The position numbers and the translations under genes were made by a program. DNA of 63,997 bases, counting the filler, from Pirum gemmata (taxonomy: Eukaryota): NCBI GenBank assembly GCA_002812295.1. It is 16 parts of 16 records of this genome, joined end to end, with 100 filler letters (N's around TTAATTAATTAA, not from the genome) between each part and the next. Parts side by side here need not be neighbours in the genome. Positions count along the whole stretch, not along the records: positions 46,725 to 50,225 come from PDIN01002412.1; positions 50,326 to 56,747 come from PDIN01002413.1; positions 56,848 to 60,397 come from PDIN01002414.1; positions 60,498 to 63,997 come from PDIN01002416.1; 12 more parts are not named here. One strand, written 5' to 3'. Within the stretch, counting starts at the first letter, position 1, and the number at the start of each line of letters is the position of its first letter. Of this stretch, positions 49,840 through 63,997 are shown one piece after another. The notes beneath the pieces were generated by a model. That model was not told the DNA's origin, ran no database searches, and saw only the letters and a list, made by a program, of their open reading frames with translations.

Positions 49840-52800
49840 CTAAAATGGAATACAAATTATAACAGTGATAGGATCATTATTATTGGTATAAGTAATAGTA
49901 ATAATAATAGTAATAGAAATAGAAATAGAAATAGTAATAGTAATAGTAATAGTAATAGTAATAGTAATAGTAATAGTAATAGTAATAGTAATAGTAATAG
50001 TAGTAGTAAAAAAGTCGTATTGGCAGTAGTAAAATAGTAACAGTAATAGCAATGTCAATAGTAATAGTATTAGTAATCCCAATATTAATGATGATAGTGA
50101 TAGTGATAATAATAGTGATAGAAATAGAAATAGAAATAGTAGTAATAAGAGTAGAGTAACAATAGGAATAGTAATAGTAATAGTAATAGGAATAGTAATA
50201 ATAATAATAATAGTAATAGTAATAGNNNNNNNNNNNNNNNNNNNNNNNNNNNNNNNNNNNNNNNNNNNNTTAATTAATTAANNNNNNNNNNNNNNNNNNN
50301 NNNNNNNNNNNNNNNNNNNNNNNNNTAATAATAATAATAATATGACACTCTACTATAATATTATTATATACATTATATCGTATACATTATTATAATATAA
50401 CAAACTAATATTAATTTTAAAAACTAGAACAATTTTTGGAAAAATTCACTACAGGGAGGGGTAACCAGGAGGGATGAAACCCCGCTCCGTTTTTTTTAAA
50501 AAATAAGCCCCCCTCCACACACACACACACACACACCTTTTTCGGAAAGTGGTGATGGTGACGATTTACTAAATATGTTAATATAGGTATCAAATATGGG
50601 AATTTAATTTTAAAAGCCTTTTCAAAAATCAGCAAAAATCATTCTTAGTCTTCCAGACTCCAACCAATCTTACAGAACTTTCAAAAATAAAGACGGCTAA
50701 AAGATACTTAATTAAGTAACTTTTAAGTCAAATATGGAAATACTGAATAAACCCCCTAATTTTTTTTTTTTTTTGGATATTCACATCGTAACAAGCAAAG
50801 AGGGAGGGGGGGCATGCCTCCTTGTAAGTTTGTAACCGCTCAAGAGTAGCCTTTTTCCTGGGTGAATTGGTGACGGTGACGGCCACTGACGGGCCACTGA
50901 CGGTAGGGTTTTAGGCCAATGATAGGGCTTTATTACAGAAAAAAACCTGAGAAAAAAAACAGTTTCGGGTCACTCAGACTCACTCTTTTTCGCTCTTTTT
51001 CGTTCTACAACTCTTTTTTGCTTTTTTTTTTAAAAAAAATCCTCTGTTGGGCCAGTTTTATCTTAAATGGCAAGATATTTACTTAATTTGGTATTTTTGG
51101 AGGTAACTCGTGAAGAAGCAAAAGAGGTAAATTTTATTTTGTTGGTTATTATAATATTTAAATTGATATTTTTAAATTAATAATTAGATTATAAAATATA
51201 CCAAATTAAATAAAATGGATCTATATTGTATTAATTTGCTACTCTTTATTGTATATTTTATGATGACAAAACAACGGAAAAGCACGATTATATCTGGTAG
51301 ACATTGTTAGAGTACATCCCTCCTACAGTTTCCTACTACATATATATAATAATATTGCAAATATCATAGGCATTAATATTATAGAAGAAATATTAATATT
51401 GTATTATATTATATAATATACATACATAACATCCTGTATCCTAATTATGCCTGATAGTCTCGTTTGAATTAATAAACTTTTAATATTTTAATATTGTATA
51501 CTATAATATTTGTTAAAATACTTATAAGCTAAATTTAAGCTTGTTCTTCTTGTTTATTATTAAAATATTAATTATTTGATTTATATTGTTAAATTATACA
51601 TATACAATGCTGTGAACCGTATGGAACCGAAATCAAAAATCAAAAATCATATACGTAATATATACTCTTTTTATTTTTATTTTATTTTTAAATAATGATT
51701 AATATTATTATTTAATATAAGTGTAACAGTATACGTATACGTTATGTTTCTAATAAGGAATCTGGATAAGAGTACTAGTGGAAAAGCAATTCTACCTTAT
51801 ACATAATACACAGCCGCGCGAACACGGGTAATAGTTATGTAGAGTTATGTAGTATGTATTAATTAATCCAGCAATAACCAAGCAGTAATAGAAATTAAAC
51901 TATTATAATATAATATTAAGATTAATTAATAGTAAAACTGGTAGTAGAAAACAAGCAAACAAACAAACAATATTATATATATATGATATATTATTATTAA
52001 TATTTTAATAATNATACAAACCCTACAATTTATATTGCATAGCTCTATACATATAATAAACTATAAACAGTTTTTTGTTAGTAGTTTTTTAATATTACAA
52101 TATCATACGTACCTGAACCTGAACCTGAACCTGAACCTGAACCTGAATCTAAAAATATATTGAAATATAAACCAGGTGTATAATTATATATAATACAGAG
52201 ATATATAATGTATTTAATAGTATATAATTTATAATTATAAATAAAATTAGTGCATAGTAATGTATTTGAATAGGTGAGTCGTTTAATTAACTGCTACTGC
52301 TCAGAGTGAATTTCACAATAGCAGCTCAATTAGCTTACACACAACAACTAATAATAAGAGCTTCGAGTACCAGTACTAGTAGTACTTAATCATCTTGCCC
52401 AACTCTTTATCAAAAGTTTCCATTGTAAATCTCGCTAAAATCTTTTCATCGATATCCAACATTATATATTTTAATTAATATATACAATATTATATTATAT
52501 AGTATTAATTATATAGTATGAATAACACATAAAAATATATGTATGATATAATATATTAGCTAATACCCTGTCAACATTTTGCAAATAATTTAGAGATACA
52601 AATTCCTGAAAGGTTATATTCAAAGATGTTAAATTAACATAATATATAATTATATATACGTATTATATTATTATAACAAACCCTTGCAACGGCTCTCTTC
52701 GGTATACACGCTATATATTTGATGAGGGATGGTAGGTTGGAATTGCGTCAATCTGAGATTATTTGAAATGATACCGATGATACTATATGTGGCGCTAACA

Positions 52801-52993
52801 CTATCACACTTTTCGATATTGTATATAATGTAATAAAGAAATAATTTCATATTTGCTCTTTAGAAACAAACCAAACCAAACCAAACCAAACCAAAACCAA
52901 CCCAAAACCAAACCAAAGTTACCAAACCAAACCAATGCATATCGAATCCAAGTTTTTCTTGTTTTTTTTTTTTTTTTTTTTTTTTTAAACAAC

Positions 52994-53205
52994 CAAGCCG
53001 GATAAAACTGTAGAAATCATTTAACTTCTTTTCTAAAAACTATTAATGTTAACTAGCCAAATTATTTTTAAAAACTAGCAATTGGTTCATAATAGAGTTT
53101 TTTTAGTTAAATTATTTCTCAAAATGTGGCAGTACTTTTATTAAATTGGATCATTTTGAGATTTTTTGGATTTTTGAGCTCATATGGCAGATGTCGTCAT
53201 TTTTA
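52994..53205. mobile_element. Dispersed repeat family F
   Basis: GATAAAACTGTAGAAATC..TTCTAAAAAC..GCCAAATTATT..CATAATAGAGTTTT recurs near 28700-28895 and, inverted, near 13345-13530, 22940-23070 and 56660-56728. Confidence 0.65.
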
Positions 53206-53408
53206 TCTTGGTAGTCTATGATAGTTTTTTTTTTTAAAATTTATGATAAAAAAATAATAATTATAATAATAATATTTATCGATATTTTCAACTTTTTTTA
53301 AATTTTTTTCGATTGATTAGTTCGAGTCAAAATAATGATAATAATAATAATAATAATATGTCATAAAATAAAAAAGGATTTCGATCATATATAAAAGTAG
53401 TATAAAAG

Positions 53409-53542
53409 AGGAGGGGTGACATCTACCCTTAAATTGGCACTAATTCCGCAACCCGTTTTATTTTACTAAAAATAGCCAACAGAGCCGCAGCGGAAAATGG
53501 AAATTATTTCATTGTCATATTGGAGGGGCCGTCACCCTTCCT
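53409..53542. mobile_element. Family-B-related MITE (TIR AGGA(A/G)GGGTGAC)
   Basis: TIRs at both ends, flanks both contain TATAAAAG; related element at 20334-20584. Confidence 0.6.
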
Positions 53543-53936
53543 ATATAAAAGTTGACTGTAGGCTCAAACCCGAAAACTCGAATTTCTGTTGTTAAAGAAG
53601 CCAAAATTCAGCTCCGTTCGAAAAATATTTTTTTTTCGTATTTTTGGGGTTTATTAATAAATAATTATATTTGAATATTTAATTGTAAGCTTGAACATTT
53701 CGAACTTATTAATTAACACATAGACTCGAAATCTCGATTTTTAAACAGAGCAGAATTGGGAGAAGCCTAGTTGACTAGTTACTAGTTACACCGTACTGAG
53801 TAACGTGACCACTAACCTTAACCACTGACCGTTGTCTGGATGGCACCGAAAGGTTTTTATTGGAAAAGCTTAGAATTGCGATTTCAAAAATAGGAATTAT
53901 TATTGGTTATTATTTTTTGATTTATCTTTGATTTAT

Positions 53937-54004
<68 letters not shown>

Positions 54005-54809
54005 TTTTTTTTTTTTTTTTTATAATTTTTAATTATTCATTTACTGACTTCAAATTTTATTCACTCGGGCCGCGTCGGGCGGAGTGCGGGGACCGCTCTG
54101 GAAATGTGTATGGATAGTTTTTTTAATAGTTTACAATAATAATAATTATGTATGGATAGTTTTTTTTTTAGTTTACAATAATAATAATATTTTTTACTGA
54201 AAAAATTTGAAAAAATGGAAACGGGAAGATTGCTCTTGTAAAAAAAAAATTTTATTCAGTTTTATTTTTTTATTTTATTCTAGTATTTTTAAAAATTATT
54301 TTTTTATAAAATTGTATTTATCTGTATTATTTAAAAGTGATATTGTAATATTATTGTTTTCAGTGTCCCTTTTATTATTATTTATAATTGTGCAATTAAC
54401 TTTTAATTTAATCAAAGCTTTTGCGACATTCTATGGTTTATGTAATCGTTTTTTAATATTTTTTTAAGTCAATGCTTTTTTAAAAGAAAATAGACACCAC
54501 ATAATACCAAAGAAAATATCCTAACGATAATATTATAATAATAATAATAATACCCATAACACAGTGTATAATACATTGTTGGTTTATAAAACTTTAATGT
54601 CTCTATTTATTTATTTTTATAAATAGAAAATAAAGAAGGTACATTCATTCCTCATTTTGAAACTTTATTCACCAGAATAATAAAATAATAAATACAATGG
54701 CATCAACAAACTCACAACAATTTTAATATAATATCAAATTTACAAGAATAAATAATAAAAAAAACTTTTACTCTTTTTTTCACTTTCTTTTTTGTAATAA
54801 TATCTACTA

Positions 54810-54863
<54 letters not shown>

Positions 54864-55341
54864 TTTAAAAAATCGAGCTTTCGAGCCTATGGATTAATTA
54901 AATAAGTTCGAAAATTTTAAGCTTACAATTAAGTATTCAAGTATAATATTTACCTGACAAAATAGAAAGAATAATTTTTTCGACAGCAGAAATTCGAGTT
55001 TTCGGGCTCGTAGCTTCTTTCCAGAACGGTTTAGCTAACGGTTTCTACTTAAAAATATGTTCGAAAATTTAAAACCTATCAAATAATTATTACATTACTT
55101 ATATTCGAAAATTGAAAATTCTAGTAAACCCAAAAAAGTTGGACATTTTTTGTTATGAATAAAAAGTTAGTCGAGTCATCCTCAGTCAAATACAGCTTCA
55201 AATACCCCTACCTACCTACCCCTCGACGTTAAATTCCGGTCAAATACCGCCTACCTACTTATCCCTTGACGTGACGTATTATTTGAACGTTCCCTATCGA
55301 GCAAATAACACAAATTCTCAGGGTAGAAACTTCTTTTATTA

Positions 55342-55585
55342 TCGTGATTTTCAGTATACAATAAAGAGTACCAAAAATTAATATAATATAACCCCATTTC
55401 ATTTAACTTGGTATATTTTATTATCCATTTATTCATTTAATAATGTCAATTAGAAAATTATAGCGAACCAAATAAATATTTGGAGTGCCAAATAAATGAA
55501 AAGCGCTATAGAAAGAACACATCGTACAACTATCGTACAGTCGTACTAAACTTTNNNNNNNNNNNNNNNNNNNNNNNNNNNNNNN

Positions 55586-55649
<64 letters not shown>

Positions 55650-56211
55650 GAGAGAAAAAAAAAATTGATAAGAGCTATTTCTGACTCGAAAAATTCAAAC
55701 AAGTTGTTTAATTAGATTCGGCCTTTAATTTAGTTCAACTCGAACCTCAAGAAAAAAATTAAAAAAAGTAATAATTTGTTATGGGTTCATTATAATATAG
55801 AGGTTTATATCATAATATAATTATTATATAAAGCTTTTAAAATTAACTAAGTTTGAATATTTATAAAATATAGTGCTTTTCAGTTGCTTTGTACCAAATT
55901 AATAAAATATGAACCATTTAATTTAATTTGGTGTCTTTTATTATCTATTTGTTTATTTAAAAATGTCTATTTAAATATTATAACCCTCCAAATAAATATT
56001 CAGAATGATAAAATAAGTGAAAAGCACGATATTATTTATTTTGTTTGGTCATCATAAAATATGCAATAAATAGTAGCAAATTAATAAAATATGAACCATT
56101 TAATTTAATTTGGTGTCTTTTATTATATATATATTTATTTAAAAATGTCCATTTAAATATTATAACCCTCCAAATAAATATTCAGAATGACAAAATAAGT
56201 AAAAAGCACGA
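55342..56211. mobile_element. Cluster of MITE family A copies (55342-55508, 55871-56029, ~56040-56211)
   Basis: Family A termini, TA flanks and shared internal sequence. Confidence 0.75.
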
Positions 56212-56463
56212 TAAATAAAATAAATAGTATACATAATTACATAATGTGGCCCTAACCCTCCCTAACCCTAACCCTACTACATAGCTATAGTGTACATCGA
56301 TATATGTAAATTTAAAACAATATTAATACACACAAAAGCGAAGAAGCAAATACGAAAATTGTTGTTGATGATAAAGCAATACTATTTGCACTCAAAAGGA
56401 CAATTAGCAATGAATTATTTGGTAATGACTATTTTTCAGATAATAATGATAATAATGATGATA

Positions 56464-56495
<32 letters not shown>

Positions 56496-56606
56496 ATTTA
56501 CTACATGCACTCAAATGATGATGATAATGATAATATATACTACATACAGTCAAATTTCTATTTCTAGCAAACCATTTATTTTTTTTAAAATATATAATTT
56601 ATGAAT

Positions 56607-56641
<35 letters not shown>

Positions 56642-57049
56642 GTATCTCTTCTACCAGTTTTGAAGAGTTATGAATAATAATTTGGATTATTAGAAAATTG
56701 TTTCTACAGTTTTATCTGGCTTGGCTGTTTTTTAAAATATATATAATNNNNNNNNNNNNNNNNNNNNNNNNNNNNNNNNNNNNNNNNNNNNTTAATTAAT
56801 TAANNNNNNNNNNNNNNNNNNNNNNNNNNNNNNNNNNNNNNNNNNNNTAATGATAATAATGATAATAATGATAATAATAATAATTTTTATTTTTATTTTT
56901 ATTTTTATTTTTATTTTTATTTTTATTTTTATTTTCTCCCTTTACTTTATTTTGTGTTTTAACTAATTCATTATATTCATTTTTTTTAATGAGTATTTGT
57001 ATGTATGTATATTCTTATTATTTTTATTATTTCAAAAAATTAAAAAAAG

Positions 57050-60310
<3,261 letters not shown>

Positions 60311-60497
60311 GTAAAATGATTGTTATTAATATTTTAGCTATAGCTATCAATAATAGTTAATACTAGTTAACAACAACAACAACAATAACAACAACAANNN
60401 NNNNNNNNNNNNNNNNNNNNNNNNNNNNNNNNNNNNNNNNNTTAATTAATTAANNNNNNNNNNNNNNNNNNNNNNNNNNNNNNNNNNNNNNNNNNNN

Positions 60498-60529
<32 letters not shown>

Positions 60530-60540
60530 GTTGTTATCCA

Positions 60541-60582
<42 letters not shown>

Positions 60583-61079
60583 CGTTGTTGTTTCGTTGTC
60601 GTTGTTGTCGTTGTTGTCATTGTTGTTGTCATTGTCGTTGTCATTGTTTTTGGTGGTATTCTCTTCAATTTGTGTGAATTAATTATTATTAATTATTTTA
60701 ATTATTACTACTTATTAATTATTCTTATTAATTATTAATTATTAAAAATTATTAATAATCATTAATAATAATTATTAATAATTAAATAATAATTATTAAT
60801 AATTAAATAATATTAATTATCAATTATTATTAGTCATTATTATTAATTATTATTAATTTTTAATTATTAAATATTTATCATTATCATTTAGTATCAAAAA
60901 TAATTATTATTAATTATTAATTATTAATTATTTGTCATTATTATTAATTATCATTAATCATTATTAAAATAAATTATTATTAATTATTATCAATTGTTAT
61001 CAATTATTATCAATTGTTATTGATTATATTAATTATTATTATCTTTTGAAATTATGATTCTATACAATTTGTGGTACAG

Positions 61080-61351
61080 GTGATTTAAATTGTACAAGAA
61101 GAAAAGAAGATATACCTTGGTATAATAGGATAATTAGTTGTTCTGATTTAATGTCTTTGGCTGGGGTTTACGAACCGGTTAACGCAGCGATGAGTGGAGG
61201 TGATAAAGAAGGTAGCGATGTACTTGAATCCATTAAATCCAAGGTAAAACAAGGCATGTCTGACGTATTAAACTTTTTATTAAGTTTAAAAGTTCAAGAA
61301 GTTCCTGCGGATGGCAAAACTCCATACACTAGAAAAACGGTTTCTTATAAG
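61080..61351 (+). CDS. Internal exon, possibly exo/endonuclease-phosphatase (AP endonuclease-like) family
   Basis: ACAG acceptor, GT donor, open frame starting (G)DLNCTRRKED. The family call rests on the GDLN motif alone. Confidence 0.45.
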
Positions 61352-61362
61352 GTTAATAATAA

Positions 61363-61411
<49 letters not shown>

Positions 61412-61769
61412 TTCAAATATAACAAAATAAATAATTATAATTATAAAATAATAATTATAATTACAAACTAATAATTATTGTTTTTATATTAGTTTTTGGA
61501 TTATGGGTCAACATTCGAATCATAGACATAAATCAAAAACAATTAGTTATATTAGTAGCAGTCGTAGTAATAGTAGAAGTACTAGTAGTAGTATTAGTAG
61601 TAGTACTAGTGGTAGTAGTAGTGGTAGTAGTAGTAGTAGGAATATGAATAGGAATAGTAGTAGTAGTAGTAGTAGTAATAGAAATAGTAACAATAATAGT
61701 AGTAGAACGTAGTAGTGGATGTAGTGCTAGTACCAATACCAGTAGTACTACTAGGAGTAGAAGTATAAG

Positions 61770-62264
61770 TATTGAATATCATGATAGAAGTAATAGGAAT
61801 AGGAATAGTAGCAGCAGCAGGAGTAGGAGTAGGAGTAGGAGTAAGAGTAGGGGTAGGGGTAGGAGTAGAAGTAGGAATAATAGTAGCGGTCGTTTGTGTT
61901 AGGAGGAGTATAGTAGTAGAAGAGGTGTTAGTGGTGCTGCTGTTATAAAAAGTTAGTATGATAGTACCTATGATAGTACGGTATACGTAGTATCTATAAA
62001 ATCAATAGTGAGTAGAAGTATAATTATTGAATATCATGATAGAAGTAATAGGAATAGGAATAGTAGCCGCAGCAGGAGTAGGAGTAGGAGTAGGAGTAAG
62101 AGTAGGGGTAGGGGTAGGGGTAGGAGTAGGAATAATAGTAGCGGTCGTTTGTGTTAGTTGGAGTATAGTAGTAGAAGAGGTGTTAGTGGTGCTGCTGTTA
62201 TAAAAAGTTAGTATGATAGTACCTATGATAGTACGGTATACGTAGTATCTATAAAATCAATAGT
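61770..62264. repeat. ~255-bp tandem duplication
   Basis: TATTGAATATCATGATAGAAGTAATAGG...TATCTATAAAATCAATAGT occurs twice. Confidence 0.85.
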
Positions 62265-62336
62265 AGTTTATGATACTAAGAATCGACATCATGGTCATAT
62301 TGATATCAATACTCTAGCTCTATAGTTGTATCATAT

Positions 62337-62512
62337 GGAATCATTCATAAAGGACGTCACCTAATCTTACCTATGCTTCTTTGTCCAAAACACTTTTGGT
62401 CATAATTTTAAAGTTCATTTTAATAATTAATTACTGTCTAAAAAAGTTTAAGTCGCACTTTCGAGCAATGACTTCTATCAAAGAATAAGTGACGTCCTTT
62501 ATGAATGTTCCC
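62337..62512. mobile_element. Zator/Harbinger-like MITE (TIR GG.A.CATTCATAAAGGACGTCAC)
   Basis: 24-bp near-perfect TIR; flanks TAT and TAA. Confidence 0.7.
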
Positions 62513-63973
62513 TAACTTCCTACGATAAGTAAAAATTAACGAACCCACCAAAAATATCGAACCTATCATACACTGAACCTACTTCACTCCCTCCACATGA
62601 TAGACTAATATCCTCTATCAGGGATTCGCTAGCCAGTCCTAGCTAGCTATAGTGAAATCATAATCCAACCACAGCAATAACAAAGTAATAATGATAATAA
62701 TAACAATAAAATTATCAACAGTATTAATCCAAAACTAACAGATGTCACATAAGAGACTATACAACAACAATTCATATAATAACAATAATTATAACGCTAA
62801 CACGGGTAGACCCTATGATAAATAAAATACTTTGTATATGATACAAATTAAAAATAATACAATATGCATGCATAGTTACACTTTTTTCCTTTCCTTGTTT
62901 GTTTATTTTCCGTATTTGTTTCCCATGTTAGAGAAGGATGAGCAGTAGGTTACAGTTAATTAATGATTTACAGTTGTGTGTCATAACAAGGAGTCATAAC
63001 CGTATCAATACTTCTACTACTAAATAATACTTTAGTTGGTGAGTTGATAATGTTGTAATCTTCTACGTAGCCATGTTATGATAATATAAATGTCGTTATG
63101 ATAAATTGATAATATCAATAAAATTGTTAGTGGCACTTAGTGTCACTTTCAAAATTATTTTTTAATAAACTATCCAAAAATAGTATGTAAGAAAACTCTG
63201 CAGACTCTACTCTTGTAGAAGTAAGAAAACTGTGGGTCTGTGAGATCGATAATTTTGGAAGGAGTTCAAAATTCAAATCACTGACTGACCTCAACTACTA
63301 GCTAGCTAGCTAGCTAGTAGAGCTAGAGAACTGACTGACTGACTGGTTCAAATATTAATAAATTCAAAAGATTTGTAAAACTTTTGGGTCTTCCAGCAAG
63401 CTAGTTTAGCTAGCTAGCTAGCTAGTAGCTACTATGATATATCATATGATATTATCAGATAATTATAATATTATTATGATAGAGTCTATTTAGTGTCTAT
63501 TTTTATCATATAATATCGATATATCATAGTAGCTAGCTAAACTAGCTTGCTAGCTTGCTATCTGATGACCCTATCTATGTTAGAAGAGTGCTAGAAGTGA
63601 CAAACTGCTTCAATCTGAAGATTCTGAACATCTTCAACTCGATGCCAGACCTTTTATATATTATTATGATATGATAAAAAAACAGTAAAAAAACTATCGA
63701 TACGAAGCTACTACTGCTAGACAGTGCTAGTAGCTAGCTTGTATCGTAGTATCTGTGATAGAATGATGTAGAGTGGTAGCTATCATAGCTAGCTAGCTAG
63801 CTAGACTAGCTAGAGCGAGTCTACGTATCGCTTGATAGCTCCTACTACTAGCTAGCTAGCTACTAGTTAGTAGCTATGACATTGATAGCTACTGCTAGAT
63901 AGCTAGTAGCTAGAAGTAGTGTTAGTCTATGAGAAATGAGAATGACTAGATGAGAATGATGGTTTTTTTTAAA

Positions 63974-63995
63974 CCCTAACCCTAACCCTAACCCT
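63974..63995 (-). repeat. (CCCTAA)n at window end
   Basis: Seen directly. Confidence 0.7.
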
Positions 63996-63997
63996 GA

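Noticed and set aside
51811..51845. Helitron-like 3' hairpin (CCGCGCGAACACGGG)
   Set aside because: Imperfect stem, no clear CTRR terminus and no matching 5' end.
52330..52800. Possible small minus-strand exons (EFVSLNYLQNVDR; MLDIDEKILARF)
   Set aside because: I could not build a phase-consistent, stop-free model.

Overview
AT-rich, intron-containing eukaryotic DNA. The window is not one locus: it is about 16 short scaffolds (mostly ~3.5 kb) joined by 15 artificial 100-nt spacers (N44-TTAATTAATTAA-N44), so gene order across spacers means nothing and many genes are truncated. TTAGGG repeats and a Greatwall/MASTL-like kinase suggest an opisthokont, possibly a unicellular holozoan; this is a low-confidence guess. 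Genes reconstructed by hand from GT-AG splicing: (1) an apparent fusion of a Delta9 (SCD/OLE1-type) and a Delta12/omega-3 (FAD2-type) fatty-acid desaturase in one reading frame, the most striking item; (2) an intronless, secreted, probably GPI-anchored Agd3/CE18-like polysaccharide deacetylase; (3) a decayed piggyBac-like transposase with an embedded YqaJ/lambda-exonuclease domain and a SAP-like motif; (4) the 3' ends of a Greatwall-like kinase and a divergent histone H3; (5) a secreted protein with two 6-Cys modules; (6) an RI-type LRR pseudogene; (7) several unknown genes. Intergenic DNA holds several MITE families, L1/Tx1 LINE relics, a ~205-bp tandem array, a foldback, intronic telomere-like repeats and many TA-centred micro-insertions that resemble excision footprints. 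All family assignments come from recognising motifs by eye; no searches were run.
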